DNA of 64,000 bases from assembly GCF_009834535.1 (NCBI RefSeq), contig NC_045696.1, forward strand, positions 96,598,001 to 96,662,000, in the 5' to 3' direction. A program made the translations under genes and the position numbers. The notes under the pieces were generated by a model that saw only the letters and a program-made list of their open reading frames with translations, had not been told where the DNA came from and did not search any database. The stretch is from Camelus ferus. Taxonomy: Eukaryota. Within the stretch, counting starts at the first letter, position 1. Each line of letters begins with the position of its first letter. Shown one piece after another: positions 25,613-38,545 of this stretch.

Positions 25613-26551
25613 TAGTCCTACCCCACTGCCTTTTCTTTCCTTTTCCCCTTGTTTTTGTACTACAGTTAAAATAAGTGAAGTGACCTACCAAGCATGATGA
25701 AAAGAGCACAGACTTTAGAGATTAAACAGATCAAGATTTGGATCCTGATTCTGCCACTTATAAGCAGTGAGGCTTTAGGCGGAACACTAGCCTCACTGGG
25801 CTTCAGTCGCCACATTTATAAAATGGAGATAATAATGCCCACCTCGGAGGGTGGCCACGAGAAGCTGGCAAAGCACGGCGGAGGGAACATTTGCGCTTGG
25901 GCGTAGTGGGACCCTGATAAATCGCAGCTCGTCTGACTGCCCAAGTCAGATCACTCCCGGCAGGAGGAGAGGAGTAAAGAGTCAAAGCGTCGCAGTTCCT
26001 TCCCCCAGCATATTCTCCAAGTGTGGAGCCAATGTGTTGATAGAACTTTTGGTAAGACTATGATGAAAAGATGCAGAAGCAGCAGGTTGAGGTCTAAGGG
26101 GAAGGAAGTCAAAGACGGTCTCCTTTTCCATATGCCCCCCCCGCAACCCACCCTCCTACACACACACACACACACCAGCCAGTGCCTCTAACCCGGTGTC
26201 ATAACCCGGTTCCCCACTGCCCAGCTTGCTGCTTTGATCCTAGAACCAGCTTGTGCCAAGGGTGGAAGATACATAATCACTGAGTTGGGTAATTTTTTTC
26301 TTTTGAAATATACAAACAAAAAATACTTTTCATGCTGTATGATCTGTATTTACTAGACCAGTGAAATCAACACGGATAAAATTGCCCCTTTGACTGAAAC
26401 TCTGTAAGACACAAAATGTGACTTAGCATCTTTATCTGAGAAAACCCAGGGCTCAAAGGGAGTGAGAAAGAAAAGAGGTTTTCTCGCTCTCCTTTTAGCA
26501 TTTTTTTTTTTAACGATAAAGAAGTTTGCTGTCGTAGACAACAGCAGGCCA

Positions 26552-26554
<3 letters not shown>

Positions 26555-26600
<46 letters not shown>
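26555..26600. repeat. (CA)n microsatellite, about 23 units
   Basis: Perfect dinucleotide run. Confidence 0.97.
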
Positions 26601-26603
<3 letters not shown>

Positions 26604-27475
26604 AGGTGCCCATGTGAGCCTCCTTTTAGCAGTTTTATTAAGCAGGTTTTTGGGGGCAGTGGTAAAATTACTTAACATAAAAATGGTTAGAATAGTATTT
26701 TAAGTGTACAATTCATGTATTAAGTACGCTTGCACAGTTGTGCATCCTTTCACCAGTTTTATCCTTATACTTCCTTTTCTACACCACACGTAGGCATACA
26801 CAGTATTTTCATAATTGTGTGGCTCTGGAACGTTTCATATTTAAAATTAGAGATAATCTGCAAAGGGGGCCCAGGGCAACATGTATTTTATTGTCTTTGG
26901 GAGGAAACTGATTTAGTGAGTGACAATCATGTGTCAGGTGCTTTCACATACTTTATCCATAACAACCCTGTAAGGGAGGGAGGGGGTATTATACCCATTC
27001 TTTACAGATGAGGAAACTGAGGCCGGGGAGGGTAAAATAGTTTGTGCACAGCCAGAGAGAGAAAGGACTACAGCCAGCATTCACAGCCATGTCTGCGGGA
27101 TTCCAAAGGCCATGCTTTTTCCTTTCTCTTAAGAAAACTTTTTTCTTATTCTAGAAGTAACATATGAGTTATTATTTTAAGAAAACAGAAAAATGTAAAG
27201 AAAAAAATAAAAAGCACTAAGAAACTCCTCTCCCAGAAATAGTCACCGGCACACATGAAGGTCTTCTTGTCCAGTTCTTCCCATATTCCAGGACACGTAC
27301 TTTCATGGTGTCCCACTGAAAGTGGGCCAAGAGAGACGTGGCAGAGAACTTAGACGTTGTGTTTTGCCGGGATCTTTTACAAAATGTATTCACGTGTCAG
27401 TTACATAGTAAAAGAGTAGAAAATAATTGCAAGTAAAATCCAGAGAAAGGAAAACAATGTGTTGATCAAAAAGGG

Positions 27476-27595
27476 CGAACTGAATATGAAAACGGATATA
27501 CGTATGTGTATGTATGACTGAAGCATTATGCTGTACACCAGAAACCGACACACTGTAAACTGACTATACTTCAATAAAAATATACATATATAAAA
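27476..27595 (+). mobile_element. Very short LINE-1 3' tail
   Basis: Nearly identical to the 3' part of the element at 32960-33085; AATAAA and A-rich end. Confidence 0.8.
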
Positions 27596-28606
27596 AGGGA
27601 AAATTGTCAACCCTAGAAATATTACAAAAGGAGAATCCAAGAGGCAACACTGGCTCATAACAAGAACTCTTGGGGGACACAATAAGCCTCCAGCTGGCAG
27701 GAATGTTTCTAATACGAAGACAGATGCATCAGCTTTCAAAGCAGGAGGCCATGAACCCTTCCTGGGGTCTAGCCAGCTCCTCGTAGTGTGGGGTCTACCT
27801 CTGTGCCTGCCAGGCCACTTTCTCAATAGAATTTAACTTCCCATGGATGTGCTTGCAGGGTAAGAATGTTCCAGGTAGACTACAACAAATGTTCCAACTA
27901 TCTGACAGACCTTTCTGCTAATTAAATTAATTGGTTTTTCAAATACTTCTTCATTCTCTGAGAGCTCTGCTAGTCAGTCAGCCTCACTAAATTATGTCAA
28001 CTCAGGACACTTACAATCTGAACTTTCCAAATCCATGACTCTGCATTATGGGAGAGGTCAATGTAATGCCATTTCACAGAGCACATTCCAGGGTGAGGAG
28101 GGGGAGAATTGCAGCAGACGCCCCTGCTCTTCCACACCAGGTCTGCACCGGAAAATGCCATCGGAGCACCACCGTTAACATGCCTCGTGTCACAATGCTG
28201 GGACAGGGCCAATCTTGGGCCATTTCACAGCAGGCCATGTGGGGGTGGGGCAGGTTCTGTGGGGACGCTCAGCCACAGACAGTGGGGGTAGCCCAGCTAG
28301 CCAAAGGAAGATCATATCTGGCTCAGATGGTAGCAAAAGATGCTACAGTTTCAGCAAACATTCAGCCTCAGTTAATGCAGGCGGGAGTGAGGTGTGGTAA
28401 GGGCAGAGAAGAAAAATGGTAGAAGGGAATCCAAGAGTAAGTGAAATGCAGGGATCCAGGCAGGTGCCGACCTCAGGTGAGTCCATCTGCAGACATAGAT
28501 ACCTGGTACCTGGTCACTAGACTAGGTTTCTTTCATACATTCATTCAACAAACATTTACCACCTTCCTCCATGGGACTCCCACGCACCTACACACCTAGT
28601 TGGGTG

Positions 28607-29004
28607 TGCCAAGGATACAAGGCCTGACTGCTCTTTACTGGGGCCATTTCTCAGGGTTGTGTCATCAGCCAGCAACCTTGAGAGATGAGGTAATGCCTCC
28701 CTTGGGGACAAAGAGCAGGCTTGCTGACTGCTTACTGTTAAAGCCATGAATTCCCCAAACTCAGGGTCCCTCATCTAGAGCACAAACTCACTGCACATGC
28801 CACCTCCACCTGACCCAGGTCGTGTCTCCCTCACAGAACTAGGGGGCAAGGCAAACCTGATGCAAACATGCTGCTTGCTGTCCTGGGAGTCATCAAGTCC
28901 TTTGTTTCCGACCTTGGAGTCTCCTGTCTCCTGCCAGGTCCCATGGACTAGTAAAAAGTTAACTCGCTAGCTTGTAAGCTGGAGAATCAAATTCCAGCCC
29001 TGAC
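28607..29004 (+). mobile_element. Old ERVL-type solo LTR interrupting an L2
   Basis: TG...CA ends; gggacaaagagcaggcttgct core recalled from ERVL LTR families; subfamily uncertain. Confidence 0.55.
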
Positions 29005-30150
29005 AGCACCCAACGTTTGCTGGGCCCCATGCTGGGTGTTGAGGCCAAAGCAGTGCACAAAACCAGCCTTCGTGCCTGTCCTCGTGGAACGTCCGTGCAG
29101 CCGGGGGAGACAAACAGCAGACAAGGAAACAAACAAGAAAATATCAGAAGTGCTCTGCAGAGACCAGGAGTGGGATGGCTGCTTTAGACTGACTGGCCAG
29201 AGAAGTCTGAGGAATGCAAGTGAATGCTAAGCCACCTGGAGAGAAGCATCGCAGCAAGAAGAGAAGGGCCGGTGCAGAAGGCCAGAGGCAAGACCAGCCA
29301 GCATGGCCAGAGCACGATAGACGTGGGGAGATGGTTTGAGGGAGGTCAGTAGGGAGCTAGATCCTTGCCCCTGGAGGCCAAAGCAAAGAGGTTGGATTTC
29401 TTCCCAGGTACGAGAGGAAGCCACTGGAGAATTTTAAGGAGTGTAAACGACCTGATTTAGATTTTTAAACCTGATCTAGCTGCTCAGCGAAGAGACAAGA
29501 GTGCAGCGGGCAGGAATGGGAGCATTTAGGAAGCTGTGCCTTAGTCCACGAGAAACATGATTATGGCTTGGACAAGGAAGGGAGGGCCAAAGAGAAGTGG
29601 GCAGATGGGGGCTATGTTGTAAAGGTAGAGTTCACAGGAGGTGCTAAAGGACTGGACGGGGAGGTAGGGTGGAATGGTGGTTCTAGGAATAAGGAACAGG
29701 GAAGGACCAAAGGTGATCACTCTCGGGTTTTTACCCCGAGTAACTAGAGACAAAGCAAAGAGCCAGTTCAGGGGAGAAACCCAGGGAGACACAGGGCTGA
29801 AGGCAGCAGCCAGACCATTGTTTGAGTCTGGAGCTCTAAGGGAGCCCAGGCTGGAGGTACCATTTGGGGGCCATCACCATCTGTATGCACTTAAGCTGTG
29901 GGGTAGGGGTGGGAGGACCCGGGGTAATAATATGGATGGAAAAGAGAGAGAGACTAAGGCCCCTGTCCCCAGACTGCCAACCTTATAGAGGTGACGTGAG
30001 GAACCAGAGCCCTGGAAATGAGACTTCAAGGAGTGGCTGTCAAAGTGGGGAGAAATCCGAGATGTGGTGTCACAAACCCCTCAGGAAAATACTGGGTTCA
30101 AGTCAAACAGACGAGTCAGCTGTTGAACACTGGGGGAAGACTGTCTGACT
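29005..30150 (-). mobile_element. L2 LINE remnant
   Basis: Purine-rich degenerate L2 body (gaagccactggagaattttaag); its terminus cattcattcaacaaacattt lies at ~28540. Confidence 0.55.
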
Positions 30151-31706
30151 CCACCTCCCTGGGATCCGAGCCCCACGTGCTGCTCTCCTTACTGACTTTG
30201 GTTCTGGGACAGTGATAGGGGCAGTCTGCCACTCAGGAGGCAGAGTTTCCATTACATCAGACAAGTGCGTGGGGCCACCCAAGTGCTAGAATTACAGTGG
30301 CTTCTGCTGACAACGTGAAGACATGTCCCATCCAGAGTGTGACACGCTTGCTGTCCCTCTGCTGAGGCAACCCACCGTCTCACCTGTCCCCTGAGGGCCT
30401 GGAGGGAGGGCATACCACTGGAGGTGCACTTTTCTTTCCCTTATCTGCCTCATCTTTGCAGCTATGCTAATGCCACTCATCCTTCAAGGCCTAACTTGTT
30501 TTTCTTCATTCAATACACATCAATCATTTGCTATGTGCTCGGTCCTGTGCTTCTACATCTTTGATGGAATTTAATCCTCACAAAATGCTTTTCATTCCCA
30601 TTAACAAATAAAGAAAGGGGGGCTCAGGGAGGCTAAGGAACTTGCTCAAATCACACAGCTTGCAAGGAGTGAAAATTGGATTCAAACCCAGGAGTGTGGC
30701 CCTTCCAACAGTCCTGCCTGCCTGCCAGTGTGGCTTGGTTATGAACTCTGCAGTCGAACAGAAGTCTGAAATCTTAAGACGAAGAAGCAAATTACAGTAA
30801 CACAAAATATACAACTACATAAATTATCATTACAAAGCAAATTTAGAGAATACAAATTGCTACAGAGTCCAAAAGTGGGGGGGTCAGAAAATTCTTCTTG
30901 GAGGAGGCAGTGTGTGCAAGGGGCCTCGAGAGTTGGACAGGATTTTGCAGGGCTGACGCTTTTGGGAGGATGTGCAAAGAGAAAGGCCGGCCTCTCCCTG
31001 ACCAACCCCAATCCACTCAGTGCCTACATCCAGCCTTGCCCACCTCTCCACCCTCTCTGCATGGTCTTCCATTTCTCGTCCTTTAGCCCCACATCCTCAG
31101 GGCCTAACCTGAGGCCACACACCTAGAAGACACCTCATGAATATTTGTTGAGTTCAGCAGTGTCCTGTCAGGTCTGCTAATTCCAATCCCTCCCTTTCTC
31201 GAATCTGTCTCCACACTAGCTAAGTTTCACGGCCAACCATGCCCACAGTTAAACCTACTACTCCTTCTGGAGAATCTGCCTGGCTCACTGTTCCTGAAAA
31301 ACTCTATTCAAACCCCCAATCATTCACACACACCACAAACTCACAAAGTGGACCACGGCTAATATGACCCGATCCAAGGCCCATTCACTGGCCGAGCAGC
31401 CACTAGCCAGATTCTCAACAGGGTGGGAGACAGTGGTGAGCCCCGGACCTGCACAGCCCTGGGATCCCATTCGGGGCTGTGAATCTTGAGGGAACAGGCA
31501 GGAGCCAGGGAAACAGAGACGTGGGAGCAAGAGGCCCCGAGAAGCAGAGGGACCCATTTTTTAAAAAAAAAAATTTAATGTACATTTTCAAAAGAAGGAA
31601 GGGTGAATAATGAATGTGACGTACTGTCACCAACTTTAACAATTATCAACTCTTGGCCAATATTGCTTCATCTATGCCCTCACTGATGTCCACATGTGGA
31701 TTTTTT

Positions 31707-31863
31707 GAAAAAATTTTTAAGCAAATTACTCTTATTTTTATTTAATTTGGGGGGGGGAGGGGAGGTAATTAGGATTTTTTTTTTTAATGGAGGTGCTGGG
31801 GACTGAACCAAAGACCTTGTGCATGCTAAACACACACCGTACCACCGAGCTATACCCTCCTCT
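31707..31863 (-). mobile_element. tRNA-derived SINE (Vic-1-like)
   Basis: Same head on the - strand, with imperfect flanking repeats (acatgtggattttt / acatggattttt). Confidence 0.8.
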
Positions 31864-32739
31864 CTACATGGATTTTTTAAATCGAATCCCAGGCATTATA
31901 TCATTTCAACTCTATATATATTTCAGTATAGAATATCTAACAATCAGGACTTTAAAGTATATGGCAATGACTTTAAAGTATATGACAATAATGTTACCAC
32001 ACCTATACAAATTAGTAATGTTTTAACTCCTTAATATAATCAAATAGCCAGTGAGTGTTCATGTTTCTGAGGCTGATGTATACTCTGCTTGTCTGAATTG
32101 GGATCCTTTGTTTGAACTGGGATCCATGGAAGATCCTTACACTGCTGCTGACAACATGGTTACATCTCTTTTAATCTATAGATTCTCCCTCCACCTCTCT
32201 TCTTTCCATGAAATTACTTATTTAAGACCCAGGTTTCCTACAGCATAGTTTTGTAGTGTTCCATCACATCCCCAGGATATCATTTAACACAGTCCTCTGC
32301 ACCCTGTATTTCCTTTCAATTAGTAGTTAGGACAGGAGGCTTGATCGGATTCATACTGAAATTTTTTTCCTATTTTTTAACAAGCCTGCTTCATAGGTGG
32401 TAGGGGTATTTTGCACTTCCACAACAGGAAGGGCAGAATAATCGCTCTTTCTCTTTCTCCCTCTCTGTTTCTCTATTTTGGTGATATTATCAGCCACTGA
32501 TGGCCCATATTCATTTATTTGGGATTATAGAATGATAATCCAAATCTATTATTCCTTCTTCATTAGCTAGAAAACTTCTATAGTAAGAAACTTTCCTCTC
32601 CAACTATTTGGTTACACTAAGGGGCACTTAAGATAAATACTTGATTATTTTCCTTTGTCAATTTACAAAATAATGAAGTAATTTCTTGGCATCCTCCAAA
32701 ATTAACCAGTGAAGAAACATTTTTTAACACGTCATTATG

Positions 32740-33085
32740 GGGAGAAGCCAAGATGGCAGAGTAGAGACTCACAGCTCATCCTCTCCCACAAATACACCAA
32801 GAATTACATCTACAAACCCACTGAATAGACAGAACACCCACTGAATTCTGGCTAAGTGTCTCTCACTTCAAAATATAGGAGGATTGTCACAAAATCTGAT
32901 AAACAACAAGTTCATACTGTATAGCACAGGGAACTATTTTCAATATCTTGTAGTAACTTATAGTAAAAGGATGAAAAGGAATATATGTATGTTCATGTAT
33001 GACTGAAGCATTATGCTGTACACCAGAAACTGACACAACATTGTAAACTGACTATACGTCAATAAAAACATATATACAAAAAAAA
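32740..33085 (+). mobile_element. Bipartite LINE-1: 5'UTR start fused to 3' tail (spliced or internally deleted L1)
   Basis: Begins GGGAGAAGCCAAGATGGC (L1 5' terminus with YY1 motif). Switches at 32898/32899 to the L1 3'UTR (ataaacaacaag...ctgtatagcacagggaac). Ends in AATAAA and poly-A. TSD tcattatg at 32732-32739 and 33086-33093. Confidence 0.75.
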
Positions 33086-33308
33086 TCATTATGAACCATG
33101 GATTTAAACTTTTTAATGTATTTCAATCCAGTTATTATCCTTACTGATAATCATACCATTCCACGTTGGCCTGGTGAATGCTTATTCAGCTTGCTTCCTG
33201 GGTCCTTTTGATGTTCTAGGCTTTTCCTGCCTTCAACCTAGAATCAACCATGTTTCCAAGGAACCTTGGTTTCTTTTAGAGGAAAATAATGATTCAAGAT
33301 CACAGTCT

Positions 33309-33938
33309 AATGTTTATTGCAGCATTATTTATAACAGCCAAGACATGGAAACAACCTAAATGTCCCTCAACGGATCAATGGATAAAGAAAACATCATACA
33401 CATGCATGCATGTGTGTGCACACACACACAGTGAAATATAATTCAGCCATAAAAACAATGAAATCTTGCTATTTGCAACAACCTGGATGGACCTTGAGGG
33501 CATTATGCTAACTGAAATAAGTCAGGTGGAGAAAGACAAATATATGATCTCACTTATGTGAAATCTAAAAACAAAAACAACAAGCTCATAGATACAGAGA
33601 ACAGATTGATGGTTGCCAGAGGCAGGGGCTGAGGGTGGGCAGAATGGGTGAAGGGGTCAAAAGGTACAGACTTGTAGTTACAAAATAAGTCATGGGATAT
33701 AACGTACAACATAGTGACTATAGTTAACAACACTACTGCATGTTTGAAAGTCACTAAGAGTAAATCTTAAAAGTACTCTTCAGAAGAAAAAAAAATTTCT
33801 GTAATCACGTATGGTGATGGATTTTAACTAGACTTATTGTGGTGATCATTTTGCAATATACAAAAATATCAAAACACTACACTGTATACCCAAAACTAAT
33901 AAAATGCTATATGTAATTATACTTCAATTTTTTAAAAA
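33309..33938 (+). mobile_element. LINE-1 3' end (L1MA-like)
   Basis: aatgtttattgcagcatt...ggaaacaacctaaatgtcc...ggatggaccttgagggcattatgcta, typical ORF2 end and 3'UTR. Confidence 0.85.
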
Positions 33939-34104
33939 TCACATTCTAAGCTTTAGGAGAATTTCCTTTATTCTTGAACCAGTCTAAACGGATTTCCTAC
34001 CTTATACCTAAATCGACTTTAACTAGACTTCTCAATGCTTCCACTGACATAAATCAGCAAGAAGCAAATCTAATCACACAAATCTGATTTAAAATCTCCC
34101 ACTG

Positions 34105-35372
34105 TTTTAGACAAAGGTTCCAAGACAATTCAATGGGGGGAAAAATAGCCTTTCAACAAACAGTGCTAGGACAACTGGGTATTTACATGCAAAAGAATGA
34201 AGTTGGATCACTACCTCACACTATGTATGAAAGTTAACTCAAAATGGATCAAAGACCTAAATATAAAAGCTGTAACTATAAAACTCTTAGAAGAAAACCT
34301 AGCCATAAATCTTTACGACCTTGGGTTAGGTGATTATCTTAGATATGACAGCAAGGTATAAGCAACAAAAGAAAATTAAAGTAAATTGGACTTCATCAAA
34401 ATTTTAAATGTGTGTGCGTCAAAGAACACCATCAAGAGAGTGAAACAGAGCCCACAAAATTTTTTGCAAATCATACGTCTAACAAGGGTCTAGTATGCAA
34501 AATATGTAAAGAATTCTTACAACTCAACAAAAAGACAACCCAAATATTAAAATGGGCAAAGGACCTGAACAGGCATTTCTCCAAAGAAGATATACAAATG
34601 GCCAATAAGTACATGAACTCATTAGCCATCAAAGAAATGCAAATCAAATTCACAGAAAGATATTATTTCATACCTCCTAAGACAGCAATAATAAAAAAAA
34701 ACAGATACTAATAAGCATTGATGAGTATTGATGAGGATTGGTGAAGAAATTGGAAATCTCATACATTGCTGGTTGGCAGTTCTCCAAAATATTACACATA
34801 GGGTATCATATGACCCAACAATTCTATTCCTAAGTATATACTCAAGAGAAATGAAAACATATACCCACACAAAGACTTGTACATGAATGTTCATAGTAGC
34901 ATTATTCGTTACAGCCAGAAAACAGAACCAACCCAATGTACACCAACTGATGAATGAATAAATAAAATGTGGTACATCCATGTAACGGAATATTATTCAT
35001 CAATATAAAGAAGTAAAATAGCAACGCATGCCATAACATAGATGAGCCTTGAAAACATTATACTAAGTAAAAGACGACAGATATAAAAGGTCACATATTG
35101 TGTAATTCCATTTATATGAACTTTACAGAATAGGCAAATCTGTAGAGACATAAAGTATAGTAATGGTTGCCTAGGGATGGGGGATCTAGGGGGCAAGGGA
35201 GAGTGACTGCTAGTGGGCATGGGGCTCTTTTTGGACTGATGAAAATGTTCTAAAATTGATATTAGTGATGACTGCACAACTCTGAATACACTAAAAACCA
35301 CTGAATTGTATATTTCAAGTGGGTAAATTTTATGGTATGAGTTATATCTCAATAGAGCTGCTATATATGATG
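34105..35372 (+). mobile_element. LINE-1 ORF2 3' part and 3'UTR (L1MB-like)
   Basis: ORF remnant [22 protein letters not shown] at 34412-34711. Confidence 0.9.
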
Positions 35373-35374
35373 TA

Positions 35375-36880
35375 AATCAATGAAGCTAGAACAGTCCCTG
35401 ACGCCATACACAAAAATAAACTCAAAATGGCTTAAGACTTAAATATAAGACATGATACCATAAAATTCCTAGAGAAGAATATAGGCAAAGCATTCTGACA
35501 TAAATCACAGGAATATTTTCTTAGATCAGTCTCCTAAGGCAAAAGAAATAAAAGTAGTAATAAACAAATAGGAACTAATCAAACTTAAAAGCTTTTGCAC
35601 AGTTAAGAAAACCATAAACAAAACAAAAAGACAACCTATGGAATGGTAGAAAATACTTTCAAACAATACAACCAACAAGGGATTAATTTCCAAAATATAC
35701 AAACAGCTGATACAATTCAATACCAAAAACAAACAAACAAACAACCAATCAAAAAACTGGGCAGAAGACCTAAATAGACATTTCTCCAAAGAGAACATAC
35801 AGATGGCAAACAGACACATGAAATACTCAACACTGCTAATTATTAGAGAAATGTAAATCAAAACTACAAGGTCTATCACCTCACACTGGTCAGAATGGCC
35901 ATCATCAAAAAGTCTACAAATAATAAATGTTAGAAGGGGTGTGGAGCAAAGGGAACCTTCCTACACTGTTGGTGTGGGAATGTAATTAGGTGCAGCCACT
36001 ATGGAGGACAGTATGAAGGTTCTTCAAAAAACTAAAAATAGAGTTACCATATGCTCCAGCAATCCCACTCCTGGCATCTGTCTGGACAAAAACAAAAACT
36101 CAAAAAGATACATGCAGGAGGAGGGTATAGCTCAGTGGTAGAGTGCATGGCTAGCATGCACGAGGTCCTGGGTTCAATCCCTAGTACCTCCATTAAAACA
36201 AATAAATAAACCTAATTGCCTCCCCCCACAAAAAAAAATCATTAAAAAAATTAAAAAGAGAAAAGTATATAAAAAAATTTTTAAAAAGACACATGCATCC
36301 CAATGTTCATAGCAGCACTGTTCACAACAGCCAAGACATGGAAGCAACCTAAGTGTCCATCAACAAATGAATGGATAAAGAAGATGTGATATATATAGAT
36401 ATCTATATATACACACAATGGGATGTTATTCAGCCATAAAAAAGAATGAAATACTGCCATTTGCAGCAACATGGATGGACCTAGAGATTATCATACTAAG
36501 TGAAGTAAATCAGACAAAGACAATTATACATCAGTTATATGTGGATTCTAAAAAATAACACAAATGAACTTACTTAGAAAACAGAGACTCACAGATATAG
36601 AAAACAAACTCATGCTTACCAGAGAGGAAAGGAGAAGTGGAGGAATAAATTAGGAGTATGGGGTTAACAGGTACACATTACTATATATAAAATAGATACA
36701 CAAGGATTTACTGCATAGCACAGGGAACTATATTCAGTATCTTGTAATAACTGACAATAGAAAGAATCTGAAAAAAAAATATATATATATAACTGAATCA
36801 TTTTGCTATAAACCTGAAACTAACACAATATTGTAAATCAACTATATTTCAATAAAAGTAAATTTTAAATTTTAAAAAAT
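35375..36880 (+). mobile_element. Younger LINE-1 ORF2 3' part and tail, containing a SINE
   Basis: Second copy of the ORF2 segment (gggcagaagacctaaatagacatttctccaaaga), a complete 3'UTR, AATAAA and A-rich tail. Confidence 0.9.
36117..36283 (+). mobile_element. tRNA-derived SINE (Vic-1-like) inserted in L1 ORF2 3' region
   Basis: TAGCTCAGTGGTAGAG A-box, GGTTCAATCC B-box, A-rich tail. TSD aaaagatacatgca / aaaagacacatgca. Confidence 0.9.
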
Positions 36881-37649
36881 AAAGCTGAGATTATATATAC
36901 ATATACATATACACACACACATATATTCCCTGCAGGTGATCTGGTGCCTCCAGAACTTGAGGCAACATTCATTCATTCATCTGTTATATGCAGTACATAT
37001 TTACTGGACAGCCACTGTTCAATTATTTATTTACTCAACAAATATACACTGACCACCTACCCTGTGCCAGTACAGTTCTATACAGAGGATCCAGCAAAAC
37101 ATGCAAAAAATCTAGCCTTTGAGTTGCTTACAGTCTGGATGGACGAAAACAGGCAATAAAATAAGTAGGAGGATTTTATACAGTGTAATACACTGAAAGC
37201 AATTGATGCTATGGAGACAAAATGAAGCAGGGAAGAGGGATGGTCAGCAGGCAAACAGAGCAGAGACATTATAAATAAGGTGGGTCGGGGAAACCTCACT
37301 GAGACCATGACATTTGAGCAAAGATTTGAAAGCAGTGAGGGAGTGAACCGCACCGATATCTGGAAGAAGAACATTCTAGGCATGGAAAACAGCAAGTGCC
37401 AAGGTCCTGGGGTAGACATACCAGGTGTGTTCAAGGAATATCTAGGGAGTAGAGTCAGTAAGAAGGGAAGTACAGGATAGGAAGTTAGAGAAGTAAGGGA
37501 AGAAACAAACTCCACCACGCCACTGCAGTAGAGCACAGTGGAGTGTGTACATCTAAAAATAGCAGAAATTATTCTGGACACCAGCTCCGTGCACGATGCA
37601 TATGCAGCTTCTCTAGTTCCAAAATAAGGCTGCAACCACTGAGGTCACA

Positions 37650-38545
37650 ATTGCTGGTGTACTGGAGCTGGCACGTACTAGCGGTGAGCGAATTTTTCAG
37701 GAATTGGGAAATCCAGTTGATAAACATAGCTTTTCTTAAAAATTAAGTTATATGCACTTATAATTAAATAAATTACATTAAAACCAAGAGTAATTAAATA
37801 CTCACACCTTCCCAATTATTTTGCTACATCTAGCTACTATCTAGGCTGTTACTATTACTTATGTCTATTGTATCCACAGGGTGGAAATACCATGAAAGAT
37901 AAGCACTGTGTTTCTCTTCCCGAATCTGTATCACTCTCAGGGACGTGACATGGGTAATCTGAAACAGCCCTTGGTAGGAATATTTACACCACAGAAATCA
38001 GCAAATGCTACAAACTGGGGTTTGGTTTATTGTCCAGTTGTCTAGACTTGAGAGAGTTAATTGTGCAGCCTTCATTTAAAAGTGTGTCACATCTGAGATC
38101 CATTACGTTGCAAACAGAACCAAAAAAGTGGAAATATTTTCCCAGGATTAAAAAACTCTTACCCAATTCAGCAAAGAAATCACTCACATCCCTGATGACC
38201 ATGGACAGACTAGTGAAATTTTGACAAATGTCTTTGTTGCATCACTTTAACCTTGCTGATATCAACCAATATCCACGTCTTAACACACTCATCCGTCAGT
38301 TTCAACCACAGGTTGGCTGCAGATGGAAGAGTTCAGCAAAAAGCAAGGAAAACATTCTGAAGGAATCTACTGGCTATATAGGATATACCATAGAGAGTAC
38401 TGGGGTTTTTTATTTGTAAATTTTTAATTTGTAAGTTACTCACTTTAGAGGTCACTGACATCAGTAAGATTTATACTACATGTGTGTGTGCGCGATACAT
38501 TTATTTTTGGAAAGCCTAAACCCTAACTGGCTACCAGCACACAAT
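37650..38545. mobile_element. MER63-like hAT-Blackjack DNA transposon
   Basis: Ends ggtgtactggagctggc... and ...taccagcacac; internal tatttacaccacagaaatcagcaaatgctacaaa matches the MER63 consensus as recalled. Confidence 0.7.

Larger units (their letters stand above)
31560..33300 (-). mobile_element. Old LINE-1 (L1MC/L1ME-like) 3' region, interrupted by younger insertions
   Basis: Degenerate similarity to ancient L1 3'UTR consensus as recalled; the flanks rejoin across the inserted elements. Confidence 0.55.

Noticed and set aside
36120..36195. tRNA-like sequence with A and B boxes
   Set aside because: It has an A-rich tail, a TSD and several diverged copies, so it is a SINE head, not a tRNA gene.
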